DNA of 64,000 nucleotides, taken from Octopus sinensis (lineage: Eukaryota). Below, one piece after another: positions 23,165 to 37,542 of the stretch. A model generated the notes under the pieces. It made no database searches, was not told the DNA's origin, and was given only the letters and a program-made list of their open reading frames with translations. Numbering within the stretch: position 1 is the stretch's first letter; each line of letters opens with the position of its first letter. The stretch lies in assembly GCF_006345805.1 (NCBI RefSeq), contig NC_043002.1, positions 48,112,001 through 48,176,000 on the forward strand. The letters are read 5' to 3'. The position numbers and the translations under genes are program-made.

Positions 23165-23420
23165 AAAACTCGTACTTATTCTATTGGTCCATTTTGCTAA
23201 ACAGCTAAGTAACAGGGCTGTAAACAAAACAACACTGGTTGTTAAGCAGTGATGGGGTACAAACACACACACATATACAACATGTTTCTTTCAGTTTCTG
23301 TCAACCAAATCCACTCAGAAGGCTTAGGTCAACCTAGGCCCTTAGTAGATGTCAGGCAATGGGTTTGAGCCCAGAACAATGTGGTTAGGAAGCAAGCTTC
23401 TTATCACACATCCACACCTG
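23165..23420 (-). mobile_element. Degenerate family A SINE
   Basis: Matches 19444-19835 in blocks (tttcagtttctgtcaaccaaatccactc). Confidence 0.75.
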
Positions 23421-24009
23421 CACACACACACAAGTATATATGTATATCTTGGAAAACAAAACTACGTTCACATGTGATCTTTTTGGTGAAGGATTTCTCA
23501 TATTTCCTTATTAGTCCTTTATGTTCAGTTTGGAAATGTAAGTTAAGGAAAGGCAAGTTGTTTTTAATCTGTGGAACAAGTTTACAATTATGTTGACTGA
23601 AAGTTTTTCAGCCATGAACATAACTCTGTGTCTATGGTAAGATATAAACTATCAGCCTCTCAGCTGGTCGTCTTGTACTCTACCTATCTTCTTAGCCTTC
23701 TATGCTCTCATAAGAGAATATAATGCCAATTTATTATGTAAGTAGTATCTGCTTTTAAATACAAAAGAAAAACTACACCCGAAATCGTATTCATGTTTGT
23801 CAACTTAAAAGTAATAATGTCTTTCACATAACAAAAAAAAAGAAAAAGCATGTTTGATGCAAAATAACTGCAAAATAAAATTCAGAATAAATCAGTTTAG
23901 TAAACCCATTGCTATTGAATAAGCATGACTCCAGCATCTGCTTGTAAGCTGAGATGTCTTGTATGTTTTCAGAAATGGTAATATGTTTCAATGATTCTAT
24001 AGATAGTTA

Positions 24010-24435
24010 TCATCATCATCATCATTTAATGTCCGCTTTCCATGCTAGCATGGGTTGGACGATTTGACTGAAGACTGGCGAACCAGATGGCTGCACCAGG
24101 CTCCAATCTGATCTGGCAAAGTTTCTACAGCTTGATGCCCTTCCTAACGCCAACCACCCCGAGAGTGTAGTGGGTGCATTTACGTGCTACTGGCACGAGG
24201 GCCAGTCTGGCGGTACTGGCAACAGCCACACTCAAATGATGCTTTTTACGTGCCACCTGCACAGGAGTCAGTCCAGCAGCACTGGCAACAACCTCGCTAG
24301 AATTTTTTGTTCATGTGCCACCGGCACAAGTGCCAGTAGGGCAACACAGGTAACAATCATGCTCAAATGGTGCTTTTTACATGCCACCGGCATGGAAGCC
24401 AGACAGCTGCTCTGGCAGTGATCCTGCTCAGATGG
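24010..24435 (-). mobile_element. RTE-related 3' UTR/tail repeat with internal ~55-60 bp tandem units
   Basis: catcatcatttaatgtccgctttccatgctagcatggg tail; repeated ttttacgtgccac(c/t)ggca units. Confidence 0.8.
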
Positions 24436-24597
24436 AGCTGTTATATTTATATATATATATTCTTTCTTTTGTTCTTTTACTCATTTTGGTCATGATAGTA
24501 TTTCTACTGATTCTGCTTCTAGAGAAATTTCATTGATACTAACAACCTAGAATGCTTTAAGTCTATGTTTGTTTCTGCTATCAATCATGTCTTTAAA

Positions 24598-24775
24598 GGG
24601 AGAGTTTATGAAAAAAAACAACAAAAGACGAAGACAGGTGGTGTACAAAACAAACAGATGTATTAGTATAACGCTCAGGAATAGAAAAAGTCTTTTACGT
24701 TTTGAGCCTATGCTCTTCTACAGAAAGTGACACAGAAAACAAGGAGAGAAAAAATGTGTGTAGTGGCTAGTGAGA
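24598..24775 (-). mobile_element. Short PLE-type tail repeat (same terminus as 11116-11290)
   Basis: agagtttatgaaaaaaa..gaagacaggtggtgtacaaaacaaacagatgtattagtataa.gctcaggaatagaaaaag..ttttacgttttgagc is shared; HHR-like core degenerate (CTGTAGA..AAAA). Confidence 0.65.
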
Positions 24776-25124
24776 AAGCTCTCAGTTAAATTAATAATTT
24801 CCAGAGTAACCTTCATTTGAAATTTCTTCAATACCCACAATACTCCTGAACACACATGTACTAATAACACAAAAGAGTCTTTATTGTAATTATTTGATCT
24901 CTGTTAGAAATAACAGCCAAATTTTCATTTAACTGCCCCCTCCATCCCCTTAAATGCAGAATAATACATAATACCCAATATACACAATAGCATCTTATAA
25001 AAAAGCAATATATTGTATAATGTAGTCCAGGACATATTATCCTTGAAAAAAAAAAAAAAGACAAGATGGTCATGTCTGGGTTATCTCTGATCAGAGTTCT
25101 GCATAATCAGGTTTTATAAAAAAA

Positions 25125-25697
25125 CTAAACAACTACTGACTAGAAACAATTTTTGTCACCCTTAAGGACTTAGCCCCTGTAAACAAGCAACACCATGCAT
25201 GAAACAAGATCTTCATCTGCGTAAAATGATGTTGTGCATATGGTGGGACTGTGAAGGGATTATCCATTATGAATTGCTTGAACGGAATTAAACGGTCAAC
25301 GTGGAACTCTATGTTCATCGGATGGAATGACTCAACACAGCTATCGCTAATATGACCAAGGAAGCCATTCAAACGGATGGCTGGGAAGTGCTGCCACACC
25401 CGCTGTACTCTCCTGATTTAGCACCAATGGATTTCCACCTCTTTCGATCTCTTTCAAATGCTATGTGCAGAGTTTCATTCAAAACTGATGCAGAATTGAG
25501 AGCTTGGTTGGATCAATTCGGAGTCGAAATTGGGTGATTTCTACCAATGAGGTATTGAAAATCTTGTTGAATGTAGGGAAAAGGTTGCAAACAACAAGGG
25601 TGAATACATTATTGATTAATTAGTTGTTATTTTTTATTAAATCTTTTATAAAATTTAGATTTTAAAAAATGGTGGGGACTTAGTTGCCAACCCAATA
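25125..25697 (+). mobile_element. Mariner transposon 3' remnant
   Basis: MLCIWWDCEGIIHYELL and GWEVLPHPLYSPDLAPMDFHLFRSLSN (YSPDLAP motif); TIR-like end gacttagttgccaacccaata. Confidence 0.9.
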
Positions 25698-27858
25698 CTA
25701 TAGTTCCAGATCACCCAAAGCTTTTGTAGATGGAAACTGAAAGAAGCTTGTTATATGTGTGTGTGCATGAATGTATATGTTTGTGTCTCCTTATCTTGCC
25801 TATGAATATAGTTGTAAATGAGTGTCACATTGTCATACGGGCAGTGTCATTATTTCCAATAAACTGTAGAAACATATGTAGCAGTGAAGTGATTATTACC
25901 TTACTTGGAAACAGGTACTTTTTAGTGACAAGAAGGGCATTTAACCATAGAAAATCTGCCTTGATAAATTCTGATCCATACAAGCATAGAAAAGTAGGCA
26001 TTATTTTGATGATGATAGCTATAACCCCACAAAATATTACTCCAAATATGTTATCTTTTAATTGACATCATATATACAACTCATAAGATTCATTAATAAA
26101 AACAATGTGATAACCATAAAAAGTGTGGTAGCAATTTTTATAGTAGTATAGAATTACACTAAGTTTTATTCAAGTTTGCAAATGCACTGTAGAGCAGCAT
26201 TATCATTAATCTTGGCTGTCTCGGTTGAAGGAAGTTGTTTAAACTTTACATGACATAAAACTGCACATAGGTTTTCTTTGAATTATATACTTTGAAAATC
26301 AAAATGAAGAATGAAGATAGCTGTGAAAATATTTAGTATGCTTTGTCATTAGTCACTAGAGAGCTGTCACTAGTAACTAAAATTTATGTGTAGTTCACTA
26401 CCAAATGCTTCTGACAGTGATTAGGTATGCCAGCAATGTAACACTAAATACAGAAATTACCACACAAAGAAATTAGCATACTGAACAAGAAAGACATCCG
26501 TCTTAACATTGAAGTTAAGATAGCAGCAAAGATTTCCTTCCGGACTTCATGCAGAGTAAAATGATATGAGCAACCCAGCACAAAACACACTTTAAAGGAA
26601 AACTTCCAATAATCATAGAGATCAAAATGCTAGTTTGACATATATAAATGAAAAGCAAAAAGTGACAGCATAAGAGAATAAATGGATAATCTTATATTAC
26701 CCATGTGGTATAGGGATGTGCAAAAAATCGTAGAGACATATGAAGACAATATATCCAATTTATTACAACTTGACAAAAGCACATTTATCAGAATTTGATA
26801 AAATTAAATTTAATACAATAAATTCAAATAAAGTATCAATACTTTAAATATATAAAAAATAAAAGTCTGATAAGTTAATTCCCAAATTTCTTAGTCAATC
26901 TACCTACTCTGCATCATACAAACATTTTCTAATTTTCACAGAAATGCCTTAATCCTTTAACATTTAAACTGGCTGTATCTAGCCCAAATATTCTTCCTGT
27001 TTTATGTTCAAACTGGCCAGATCCAGCCTTTCACACCAACCCTCTAGTATCATTCCCAAGAATAAATCACATCATCAAAATCTGAAAGCTAAGGGATAGT
27101 ACATAATATTTAATAACAATGTGAATAAATGCATATTACATTTGATAGAATAAATGCATAGTATATCTGAATGCTAAAGGGTTGAATTTTATTGAAAAGA
27201 TTTACATACTTTAAAAGTTGTTCTCACTTAAATTCAAGTGAATTCTAGTTGGAGATTTTAATCACTTTATACCTTTCAGACAATATCTATTTTTACATTT
27301 AATTTCAGTCATGTTTGTATTAAAATATTTCAGTTTTATTTTACCAAAGTTTTAGCTTAAAAAATACAAAACAAAGAGTAAGAATTTTGAAATCAAACTT
27401 GATAGTATGTATTTATTTAGAAAGTAGAAAATATGTCACAGAATTTTATTTGAAATATTACCTGAAGAAAAATCACTAAAGGTATTATATACTAGTATTA
27501 TTGACATATGAACATTAAACAACATAGCAGTACATTGAAATAGATTTCTTTAAGCTTGTATTTTCATGGTGACATGATCAGTTCTGTTTATTCATATTAT
27601 TATTAGCTAGTTCTGTTACAAAAAGTCCATTTTACTTAACACGAACCTGGCACAGTACGCACTTTTCCTTGATCTATATATATAAGGTTAACAATATTTA
27701 ACTTTATTTCCAATATGTGTCTAAAGTAAATTATTTTCAATATTTCAGGCTGAACTTCTTGTTAAGTCCATCACTTCAATTTTTTAAACCATGACATAAT
27801 ATTGATTTTATATATAGCTACAAAAGCAAAATTTTGTGTGTGCATATGTATGTATGCC

Positions 27859-27903
<45 letters not shown>

Positions 27904-28289
27904 ATGTGTGTCTATGTGCATATGGTGGAGATCTGATTATATTGACCCAGAAAGAATTAAAAGTTAAAATCAGTCTTGGTGAGATTTGAATTCAAGATGT
28001 AAAGGATCATAACTAAATGCTGTAAGACACTCCATTTCACACTCTAACAATTCTCCTAATCTACTGCCTTAAGTACTGACATGATATTGATTTCTTACAT
28101 AGAAACATAGCTTCAAATTTAGGAAAAGAACATAGTTGACAACATTGACACCAGTGTTTGAGTGGTACTTACTTCAACTTCAGAATAATGAAAAATAAAT
28201 TTGTCCTCAATGGGAGTCAAACTCAGAGGTAAAAGACTGTATCTAAAAAGCACTGAGTATGACAATCCACACCTTGATATGATACTACA

Positions 28290-28530
28290 AAGATCATCTC
28301 CATAGAGGTCTTTTATAATTTCTTAGATACCACTTGGCAACTGCATATAACTACCTTTCTCAGTAAGCTTTACAACCTGTCTGGTCTAGCGAAACTTGTG
28401 CTTTTGGTATTCTGTGATCATGCTGTTCTCTCTGCTCCATTCTTGTATTACCTAATTTTGGATGTATTCTTGCAATAATATTCCTGGTATTGATCTTTTC
28501 ACTGTGCTTTGTGGCATAACCAATCAATTT
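28290..28530 (-). mobile_element. RTE-clade LINE C-terminal fragment
   Basis: Minus frames RSIPGILLQEYIQN..TEYQKHKFR..AVAKWYLRNYKRPL, similar to 15930-16235. Confidence 0.55.
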
Positions 28531-28865
28531 TCTTCCTTCTTCATATATGCACTCACACACACACACTTATATAGATTACACAGACAGAGATATACACACA
28601 CCTATGTATGATTATATATAAACATATGTACCACGGTCTGCAAAGTTTCCAGCTACCACCAATAAGGAACTTCTCAACATAAAGTTATCAAACAAATTGT
28701 GCTACCTAGTAGGATAAAGCCACAGGGTTACAATGTGAACTTCTTAACATATAACCATCTCCCATAAGCTAGCTATTCCTATCCCTTAGTTTAGTAAAGA
28801 GTTCTGTAGCTTATTTTCAAACTAAGAAACTGAGTTCATAATTAGTTCATAAGAAATAATTTATA

Positions 28866-28909
<44 letters not shown>

Positions 28910-29299
28910 AAAGTTGAAAGACAGTTGAAACACTCCTGTTACAAACTGAGACCTTGAAGACTGCTATAATGCAAGAAAGTATACTAGTCCCTTAATATTT
29001 TATATTCAATATTTCATCTTTTCAATAAGACAATCAAAACTTCATTTCATTTTACCATATATATATTATTTATACTATATATTCTATATTCTACATTAAT
29101 ATTAAAAAGAATATATATAAAACATAAAAAACAGACAGAGTTGAAATTTCTTTGAATAATATATATATATATACTTACAACATAAAGGAACAACAGAAAC
29201 ATATTGGATAGGAATTTAATGAGAATAATACTGTAATAAATAAAGTCTGAAGATGTATAATTCTCCATTCTTTTTTATAATGTCTAGAGCATGTATACA

Positions 29300-29700
29300 T
29301 ATAAGTGCAGGCAAGGCTGTGTGGTTATGAACCTCACTTTGCAACCAAGTGATACCAAGTTCAAACCCACCGCATGACACTTTCAGCAAGACTCTTCTAC
29401 AATAGCCCTGGAGTGATTGATTGATTTTGAGTAAATTTGGTACATGGAAATTGTAGGGGAGCCTATCATATATGTGTGTATGTATATAAGTGTGTGTATC
29501 TTTATATTTGTCTTTGTATCCTCACCATCACCTGACAACTGATGATGGTTTGTTTATATTCCTGTAAGTTAGCAGTTTGGCAAAAGAGACCACTAGAATA
29601 AGTACCAGACTTATAAAAGTAAATATTGGGGTTGATTTGTTCAGCTAAATCCTTCAAGGTGGTACCCTAGAATGGTCGCAGTCCAGTGACTGAAACAAGA
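29300..29700 (+). mobile_element. Degenerate family A SINE
   Basis: Head ggctgtgtggtt..gttcaaaccc; tail ggcaaaagagac..agaataagtacc..gactgaaacaag. Confidence 0.75.
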
Positions 29701-30504
29701 TAGCAGCTGTATAAAAGGCACATATGTGTTTGTATGTGTATGAGGATCGTGTGCGGTGTTTGTGAATGTGCATGCATGTGCATGTGTGTGTGTGTTTGTA
29801 AAAGTTGGTGTATATTTACATTTTTGTGTTATCAATCATGCAGAAAATCAGAAAAATTTTTAAAAAAACACTTTTAAGTAATACTTTGAAAATATTTCAA
29901 ATTTTTACTTTATATGATGGCAGTATCCCAGCATGGTCACACTTGAATGACCAAAGGCAGTAAAAAAAATAATAAAAGAATGCAATTTTCAATCTTTATA
30001 TTTTCTGACTTTCAGCCATATTTTGATCAGTCTTATAGGAGATTGATTTATTTTTTTTATCTTCTTTATCAAACCGTTGCAATTTGGAACATTGCCTTAT
30101 GTCTGTGCACCTTGTTAAAGGCCAGAAGCAGATTATAGCACTATTATTAAATCACTTATAGAATGCACAGCTGACTGTTTTTCTAGGTCTTGTTTTCATT
30201 TAATTATTTAGTTTTTGTCTTATTCAATTATTGTCTAATTTTGTTAGAAATGAAAGGTGCCCAATTAGTACCAATAATTAGATGATAAACATTTGAAATG
30301 AAAAACATGTAGTTTATGTATAGCATTGTTTTTTTATGAAAGTCTCCACAATGCTGCATTGAAAGGAAAAGTAAATGGCTATGAATCTCTAAATGGGCAA
30401 CCTTTTTGGAGAAAGCTCACACTATCAAAATAATTGAAAGTAAATTTTTGTTGGACATACCATTCAGAAAATTCTGCAGGTTGTAGTTTCCCATGACTAC
30501 TTGA

Positions 30505-30790
30505 TGTGGAGGCATGCAGCTTAGTGGTTAGGGTGTATCGAGGTGCATGGCTTAGTGGTTAGAGTGTTGGACTCATGATTGTAACATTGTGGTTTCAATT
30601 CCTGGACTGGGCAATATAGTTGTGTTCTTGGGGAAAACACTTAATTTTACATTGCTCTAGTCCACTTGGCTGGCAAAAAATGTGTAATCCTGTGATGGAC
30701 CAGTATCCCATCCCAGTGTGGAATATATATGCCATGAAACTGGGAAAGCAGCTCTTATGAGTTGGTATGACTTGAGAAGGTAACTTTACA
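30505..30790 (+). mobile_element. tRNA-derived SINE (family B) with duplicated A-box segment
   Basis: gcagcttagtggttaggg followed by atggcttagtggttagag, then B-box ggtttcaattcc and tgtgttcttggggaaaacac. Confidence 0.75.
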
Positions 30791-31124
30791 TTTTTTTTTA
30801 TGACTACTCTATGTGCTCACTAGATTTGGCTAAAAATAGCAGCCAAATCTTCCTCAACTCAAAAAACGGTAGTGCTGGACATACAAAAATGTAAAATGGC
30901 CGTAGGTTGAAACACCTTTGATTATAGGTTTGCTTGACCAGGGGATAAACAAGAACAACAAAAACACTAAGTGAAATATAAGTTTTAATTGTAAAATGAA
31001 AAATTTCAAACAAAACAATAATTGTAAAGAATATTAATACCATTATATTGTATCTAATGCCACCATTTATCATTCTTCTTCCTAAGTTGATTATTTGTGT
31101 GTGTTATTATAGTCTTAGTAATCA

Positions 31125-31430
31125 AGTGTATGGCTTAGTGGTTAGGTATTTGACTCACAATAGTAAGGTCATGTGTTCAATTCCTAGAGGCACTTTGTGT
31201 CCTTGAGCAAGACTCTTTATTTCTCTTTGCTCCAATTCACTCAGCTGGTAAAAATGAGTTGTACCTATATTTCAAAGGGCCAACATTGTCACTTTCTGTA
31301 TCATGCTGAATCTCCCTGAGAACTATGTTAAAGCTACACATGTCTGTACATTAATTTCACGGGAAGGCTGTTCTGTTGATTGGATCATCTGGAATATTCC
31401 TCGTCATAACAGACAGAGTGCCAGAATAGT
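31125..31430 (+). mobile_element. tRNA-derived SINE (family B variant)
   Basis: tggcttagtggttagg..gtgttcaattcc..gtgtccttgagcaagac. Confidence 0.75.
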
Positions 31431-32059
31431 AATCAGTTAGGTGGTGTTGTACAGAATGGATTGGAATTTGCCTCTTAGTTGGAAAAAGAGAACAAAAATT
31501 TAGTTTGAATTATTAGAAATTCAAAGATAATGGTTGGCAATTTCAAACAAAAAATTGAAATAAAGAGTAGAATATAAGCGAATGAGAGAGCTTTTATATA
31601 ATCACTAAGCTCAGTAAGAATAGCAGTTAAATCTTCAACCCACATCCAACCACTTCAAACCTGTAACATATAGGCTAATGTAGTGTTGGGTATGCTAAAA
31701 TACAGGATGATCAAGGCTAGAATACTTTTGATTATAGCATTGGTGGATTAACAAGGATCAAAAAATGTGAATTAGTTTCACATCATATTGAATTTCCTAG
31801 ATTAAGGAGAAAATCTGATCATTGTTTGTTGGCATGGTAACAGCTACATACATGTTTCAGTCTCATTACATCTCATCAGCAAAGTATAATCCTCTCATAC
31901 TTTAACCAGTAGTGGGCAAATTTTTGTTTTTTTACATGTACAGAAAAAAATAACAAAAAAATTTTTGCCACTATGATAAGAATAAGGTAAAACCAGCCAA
32001 GATTCCTCAATGAATATGGAGTGGTAATATGTTGCATTCTTTTAACAAATGTTTCAGGT

Positions 32060-32300
32060 GCCTATACAAACATGATCAAACATAAAATATTCTATAATCC
32101 CCCTCAACTTATGGTAGCTGGAGGAAGAGAAAGCTGTACCAGCCAGATATTGGCTTGTTCTCATTCACAGCTAAATAGACTAGAGCAATATGAAATGCAG
32201 TGTTTTAGTCAAAGACACAACATTCTACCTGATCAAAGAATTGAACCCATACCATTATGGTTGGAAGTCAGGCACCCTAACCACAAGACCACACAGCTTT
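32060..32300 (-). mobile_element. tRNA-derived SINE (family B variant)
   Basis: Reverse complement begins aagctgtgtggtcttgtggttagggtgcctgac..gggttcaattc. Confidence 0.65.
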
Positions 32301-32789
32301 ACAATTACAATAAATGATTATGAATTTAAATATTACTATTCTTTTGCACATCGTGTTTCTCATTGTTCAGCTATATCATATCTTTTATCAGTATTTTTTT
32401 CTTACAATTAACACCTAAGTTCTCAGATCAGTTTACCATGTGTCTATATACATAAACCAACAAAACACTTCATTTTTACTACTTTTACTATTGCAACAGT
32501 AAAACTGGACTACTGATCTTTATTGGTAAACTGGACTACTGAGAGTTAAGTATATTGGTCATACACAAAACACATAACCATATATACATTGCTGTCTCCT
32601 TAGTTAGTTATTCAATAACCCATTAGCTTAGCCATCTGCATCTCTGAACATTAATAGCATTAATGAACACAAATAATGTTGAACATTTTTACATTTTTCT
32701 TTTCCTATTTTTCATTTTTGTTGCTAACTGCTAGAATAGGTTGGGTGAATCTGTAAAAAACAATTTTACTCACTAGCTCATTGATGATG

Positions 32790-33200
32790 TAGCGATAGTA
32801 TGAAGCTTATTTCCCAACCACATGGTTCTGGATTCAGTCCTACTATGTGGTATTGTGGGTAAGTTTTTTTCTACTTTAGCCTTGGGCCAAACAAAGCCTT
32901 CTGATTGGATTGGTTGACAGAAACTGAATATAAAGCTTGTTATATGTATGCATACATATACATATGTGTGTGTGTGTGTGTGTGATTGTGACTGTGTTTA
33001 TCCCTGCCACTGCTTGATAACTGGTGTTGTGTGTTTATGTCCCCATAACATAGTGGTTCAGCAAAAGAAATTGATAGAATAAGTACCAGGTTTTTAAAAA
33101 AAAAACAAACAAACTGGAATCAATTCAGTCTACTAAAAATTCCACATGGCAATGCCCCAGCATGACTGACTCTAATTACTGAAACAAGTAAAAGAATAAA
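32790..33200 (+). mobile_element. Family A SINE
   Basis: Head, core, TG tract and tail all match 62050-62458 in blocks. Confidence 0.8.
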
Positions 33201-33884
33201 GGGAGTCAAATGTAGTTGCAGGTAAAAATGAAGTGAAGAGAACAGCACATTTCATGCAATGGAATAAAGTAATACTCGTAATTCTTCGGAACCGAAACTT
33301 GCTCATCTACTGTACTCTCTTTTCGCCAGCATACCTAATCATTATTAAGCAAAAGCAAACAGATAAATTCAATTATCTATTCTACTATATAATGTGTGCA
33401 ACTGTAACAGGATACTTGATTTGAAGTCTGAGATAATGTGGTCAGCATTTATTAGGAGGTAAAATTAACCTCTCTCACTTCATATAGTAAAATCAACAAG
33501 AGACTTTATGAAGAGGACAGATATTGTGTTTGTGTTAGGAGAAAGCATCCAATCAACTAAGTAGATATAATGTGAAAATAATGAATAAATATTGCCAATA
33601 AAACATCTTACACAGAAGCATTTCTCAGAATTGTTATAAACTGCTGTAATGGATGTCACATATTACTGAAAGGTTATCTGTGTCATCTGCTGATTTCCTT
33701 CTTAGTTTTGCACTTCCAAAGTGGAATTTGGATATAATATTCATCAAATTGCAAACGCACTCGTACTCACATGTCTCTTTGTCTGTTAGTCAGTGTTTCT
33801 CTTTTGCACCCTCAATATGACAGATATACATATATATATGCATATATGCATAAATGTAACATTACACACATATATATATACATA

Positions 33885-34150
33885 TATAAGCAGAGATACC
33901 CGGCATTGCCCGTGTTACATGCAATTGAAGAATTAGACTTTTCTGTTATATTTTCTGTAATGAACTGTAATATCTATGATTCGAATTTCATCAAAATTGC
34001 AGATGAGGGTTATTTCTCTCTTTAAACACCCTAAAAAAATTTTAGTGATGACACATGTATCCCATACTACTGATTTTTATGTGCAGATTCCAAAATTCCA
34101 GTCATATAGAACCTGTTAAAAGGATTTTGCACATGAAAAATGGAGGTCAT
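33885..34150 (+). mobile_element. Possible Helitron-like element head and body (end uncertain)
   Basis: agcagagatacccggcattgcccgtg resembles the 17211 and 38005 heads. Confidence 0.35.
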
Positions 34151-34684
34151 GGAGCTCTAAAGTGTGTGAGCTAAGGCCCCTATTGGGGGTGAGTGTCTTA
34201 ATGTCAACCAGAGAAGTTGAAATGTTGAGAATCTTTTTAACTTAGGTCTTATATCTATTGTTTGAATTTCTTTGAAATAGGAAATATATGTATGTTCACT
34301 GGATTTGTAAAAGAGAGCAAAAGTACAGGAAGCCAAAAGACGAATGATCACAATAAGCAGTCAGCTACCATACCCTAGTCGTTACCACTCCCAGTGTTGG
34401 ATTCCTCACCATACAGGTGACAGGCACAGCTATAAGATGCAATATGGATCTATAGCAATTGGAAGGACATGACCCAACTGAAATAAACATTAACAACTGT
34501 GTGACATGAGGGCTAAGGAGAAATGAAAGTATCACCTCTGGTGTTTGCAAATGACCACTATACTGATACGTAACTGGAAAGAATAAATTTACAATCTATA
34601 AATGTCTTTGAATAACCAGTTACTCATCTGGGAAGGCCATCTGGGGACTATGTGTGATCCAGTGATAATAAAATCTATGGATCT

Positions 34685-35387
34685 ATCATGTGCTGTGTAT
34701 GGATGGGGAGAGCTGTGAGCAGAAGTTTTGCTCCCTAACAGTGGAAGAAACCCGAGGGGGAGGGAGGCTCAGAAAGACATGGGATAAAGTAGTGAAGCAT
34801 GACCTTCGAACATTGGGCTTCACAGAGGCAAGAATGAAAGACCAAGACCTCTGGGATATGCTGTGATTAGGAAAGCCCAGCAAGTAAAGTGAGATGACAT
34901 CCGTAGCCTACACCAGTGTCAAATAACCAGCCCATTTAAAAAGTGCCTTTGAATCATCGGGTGACACGCCGTGCTTGAGGAGACCTATTGAGTCAAGTAA
35001 AATCAAAATCAAAAATCAAATCATAATCAAATGGAAATTGTAGTCGTGGCCAATGCAAATGCTGCCTGATTGGCTCCTGTGCTGGTGGCACTTAAAATGC
35101 ACCATCCAAACGTGGCTGATGCCAGCCCCACTGCCCCAACTAGTTCCTGTGCTGGTAGCACGTAAAAAGCACCATCTGAACATGGCTCATGCAAGTGCTA
35201 CCTGACTGGCTCCAATGCTGTTGGCATGTAAAAAGCACCCACTACACTCTCAGAGTAGTTGGCATTAGGAAGGGCATCCAGCTATAGAAACATTCTCATA
35301 TCAGATTGGAGCCTCCTGGCTTGCCAGTCCCCAGTCAAACTGTCCAACCCATGCCAGCATGGAAAACCGATAATGATGATGATGATG
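34685..35387 (+). mobile_element. 5'-truncated RTE LINE
   Basis: HVLCMDGESC..GRLRKTWDKVVKHDLRTLG, same 3' UTR and (ATG)n tail as 20688-21372. Confidence 0.85.
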
Positions 35388-35644
35388 CGTATATATATAT
35401 TACTTACATATATATATACATATATACATATGTCTTTAAAATAAATCTGGACCTTTCCTGTCAGGTGTCCCTGATGAACCAACTTCACGGCAGGAGGTGC
35501 AGATGAGGGCAGCTGCATCAAACTCTCTCATGCACCAAATGTCAATTGCTAAAAAGCATTCATGAAGTAAAATCATGTAGCAACACCGAACAGCAGTGCC
35601 CCAGCATGGCCACAGCTCGTGAGCTGAAACTAGATAAAATAAAA

Positions 35645-36196
35645 AAAAATACATACATATATACACTGACAAATATACACATATATATACATGCATACAT
35701 ATATACATATATACACATATATACACATACATATATATACATATACACATATATATATACATATATGCATATATACATACATATATACACATACATATAT
35801 ATACATATACACATATATATATACATACATATATGCATATATACATACATATATACATACATATATATATACACATACATATATATATATACAGATACAT
35901 ATATATATACAGATACATATAAACATATATACGTACATATATACATATATACATATATATATACACATACATATATACATATATACATACACATACATAT
36001 ATATGCAAATATATAGATAGATATGTATATACATATACATACACACACACACACATATATATATACATTTATATACACACATATAAACATATATATACAC
36101 ATATACACACAAACACATACTCATACACACACACACATATACATATATAAACACGAGAAAGAAAGAGACTGATAGATAGATAGATAGACAAATAGC

Positions 36197-36258
<62 letters not shown>

Positions 36259-36265
36259 TTATATA
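35645..36265. repeat. Long compound (TA/CA)n microsatellite ending in (GATA)n
   Basis: Direct reading; GATA array at ~36170-36257. Confidence 0.95.
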
Positions 36266-37542
36266 TAAAGAGAATGCAATGTACAATAATTTATTTTATT
36301 TTTCAGATCAAGACCGTATTTTTTAAATGCATTTGATACAATATACTTTTTAAAAAAATGATAAAATGTGAATAAATTTTCCAAAGAGGTAAAAGTCCAT
36401 AGATAGCAGTAGCAAAGCAGCATCTCAAGAAGCATGAATATTCAATGAGGAATGGACTTAATTACCAATTCAGCATAGGATTACAACAGGCCAATTCTAC
36501 TGTCACCCATAAAAATCTTGTTTAAATGGTAATAGAACAATCAGATGACTAACTTTGATAGCATTCACAATAGGTTTGCACAGAGCTTATTTCTAGTAAT
36601 GGAAATAACTTTCTTTGGAATAATGCCCCAATTGCATTGGTTTCATCATCATAAATTTGCATTATAGTTCAAATGTTTATAAAGATCAAACAGGACAATA
36701 ACATACTCAAGTAAACATTTTAAGTAAATAACATTTATAAACATGTTTATATATTATCATCATCATCATCAAAAATAAGATTCAATAGGGGGAAAAAAAT
36801 CAATAAATATTCCATGCTATGAATAGTATGAGAGAGGTGAAATGATGGAGTGAGGTAATGTTCTGGTCAGATAATTAATGGGTCTTGTGTTCAAATATGT
36901 TGCAAACATTAATTTATATCTCTATTAGAATACATAATTCCATGTATCTGTTGCATATAGTTATACTTCAAGGAAGAGTTTTACAATATCTAGTGCAAGA
37001 TTTAATGGAAACATTTGGATACTATGGAAACCTAAGCTAAAAGCAAATTTTTATGAGACACTACAGACACCAGGAAACATATTGTTTATTATTATGAATT
37101 ATCATTATTGTTATTATTACTCAAAGTCACAGATATACAACATTGGTTACATAGGTTTCTCATTTTATATGTGCTACATTCTTGGTGAATGAATCCAATT
37201 TATTCACCTTCAAGCCAACATGCACTGATAATTGCACATGAGGCATATACAAGTATAACTGAGTCTTTTTTCTTTCTGTAATGTGAAGTTATTAACCATG
37301 TCAACTGGTTGTATGAATAATAATATTATGCATGTGAATGTAGAAACTGATATGAGTTGCTATATTCATAATAATTGAACATTGCAGAAGGAAATAGATT
37401 TGCTATCTCATACTAAAGCTAATTCACAGCACTCATTTGCATTACAAGTGGTAGAATCTATCTGAAATACTGCTTTAAATAAAGTTTATATTTGTTTCTA
37501 GAAAGAGTATCAATAAATGAAATTTTCAAGAGAATTTCATAA

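Noticed and set aside
27647-27673. 27-nt minus-strand micro-exon candidate (IKEKCVLCQ or DQGKVRTVP)
   Set aside because: Poor pyrimidine tract and weak donor; no recognisable homology.
31843-31885. Minus-strand CTGATGA-N14-GAAA-CA-tgta-TG-TA resembling a hammerhead
   Set aside because: No stem I and no convincing stem II pairing; no PLE context; compatible with chance.
36307-36389. Strong acceptor and donor pair
   Set aside because: All three frames contain stops; cannot be supported as a coding exon, and there is no evidence for a non-coding one.
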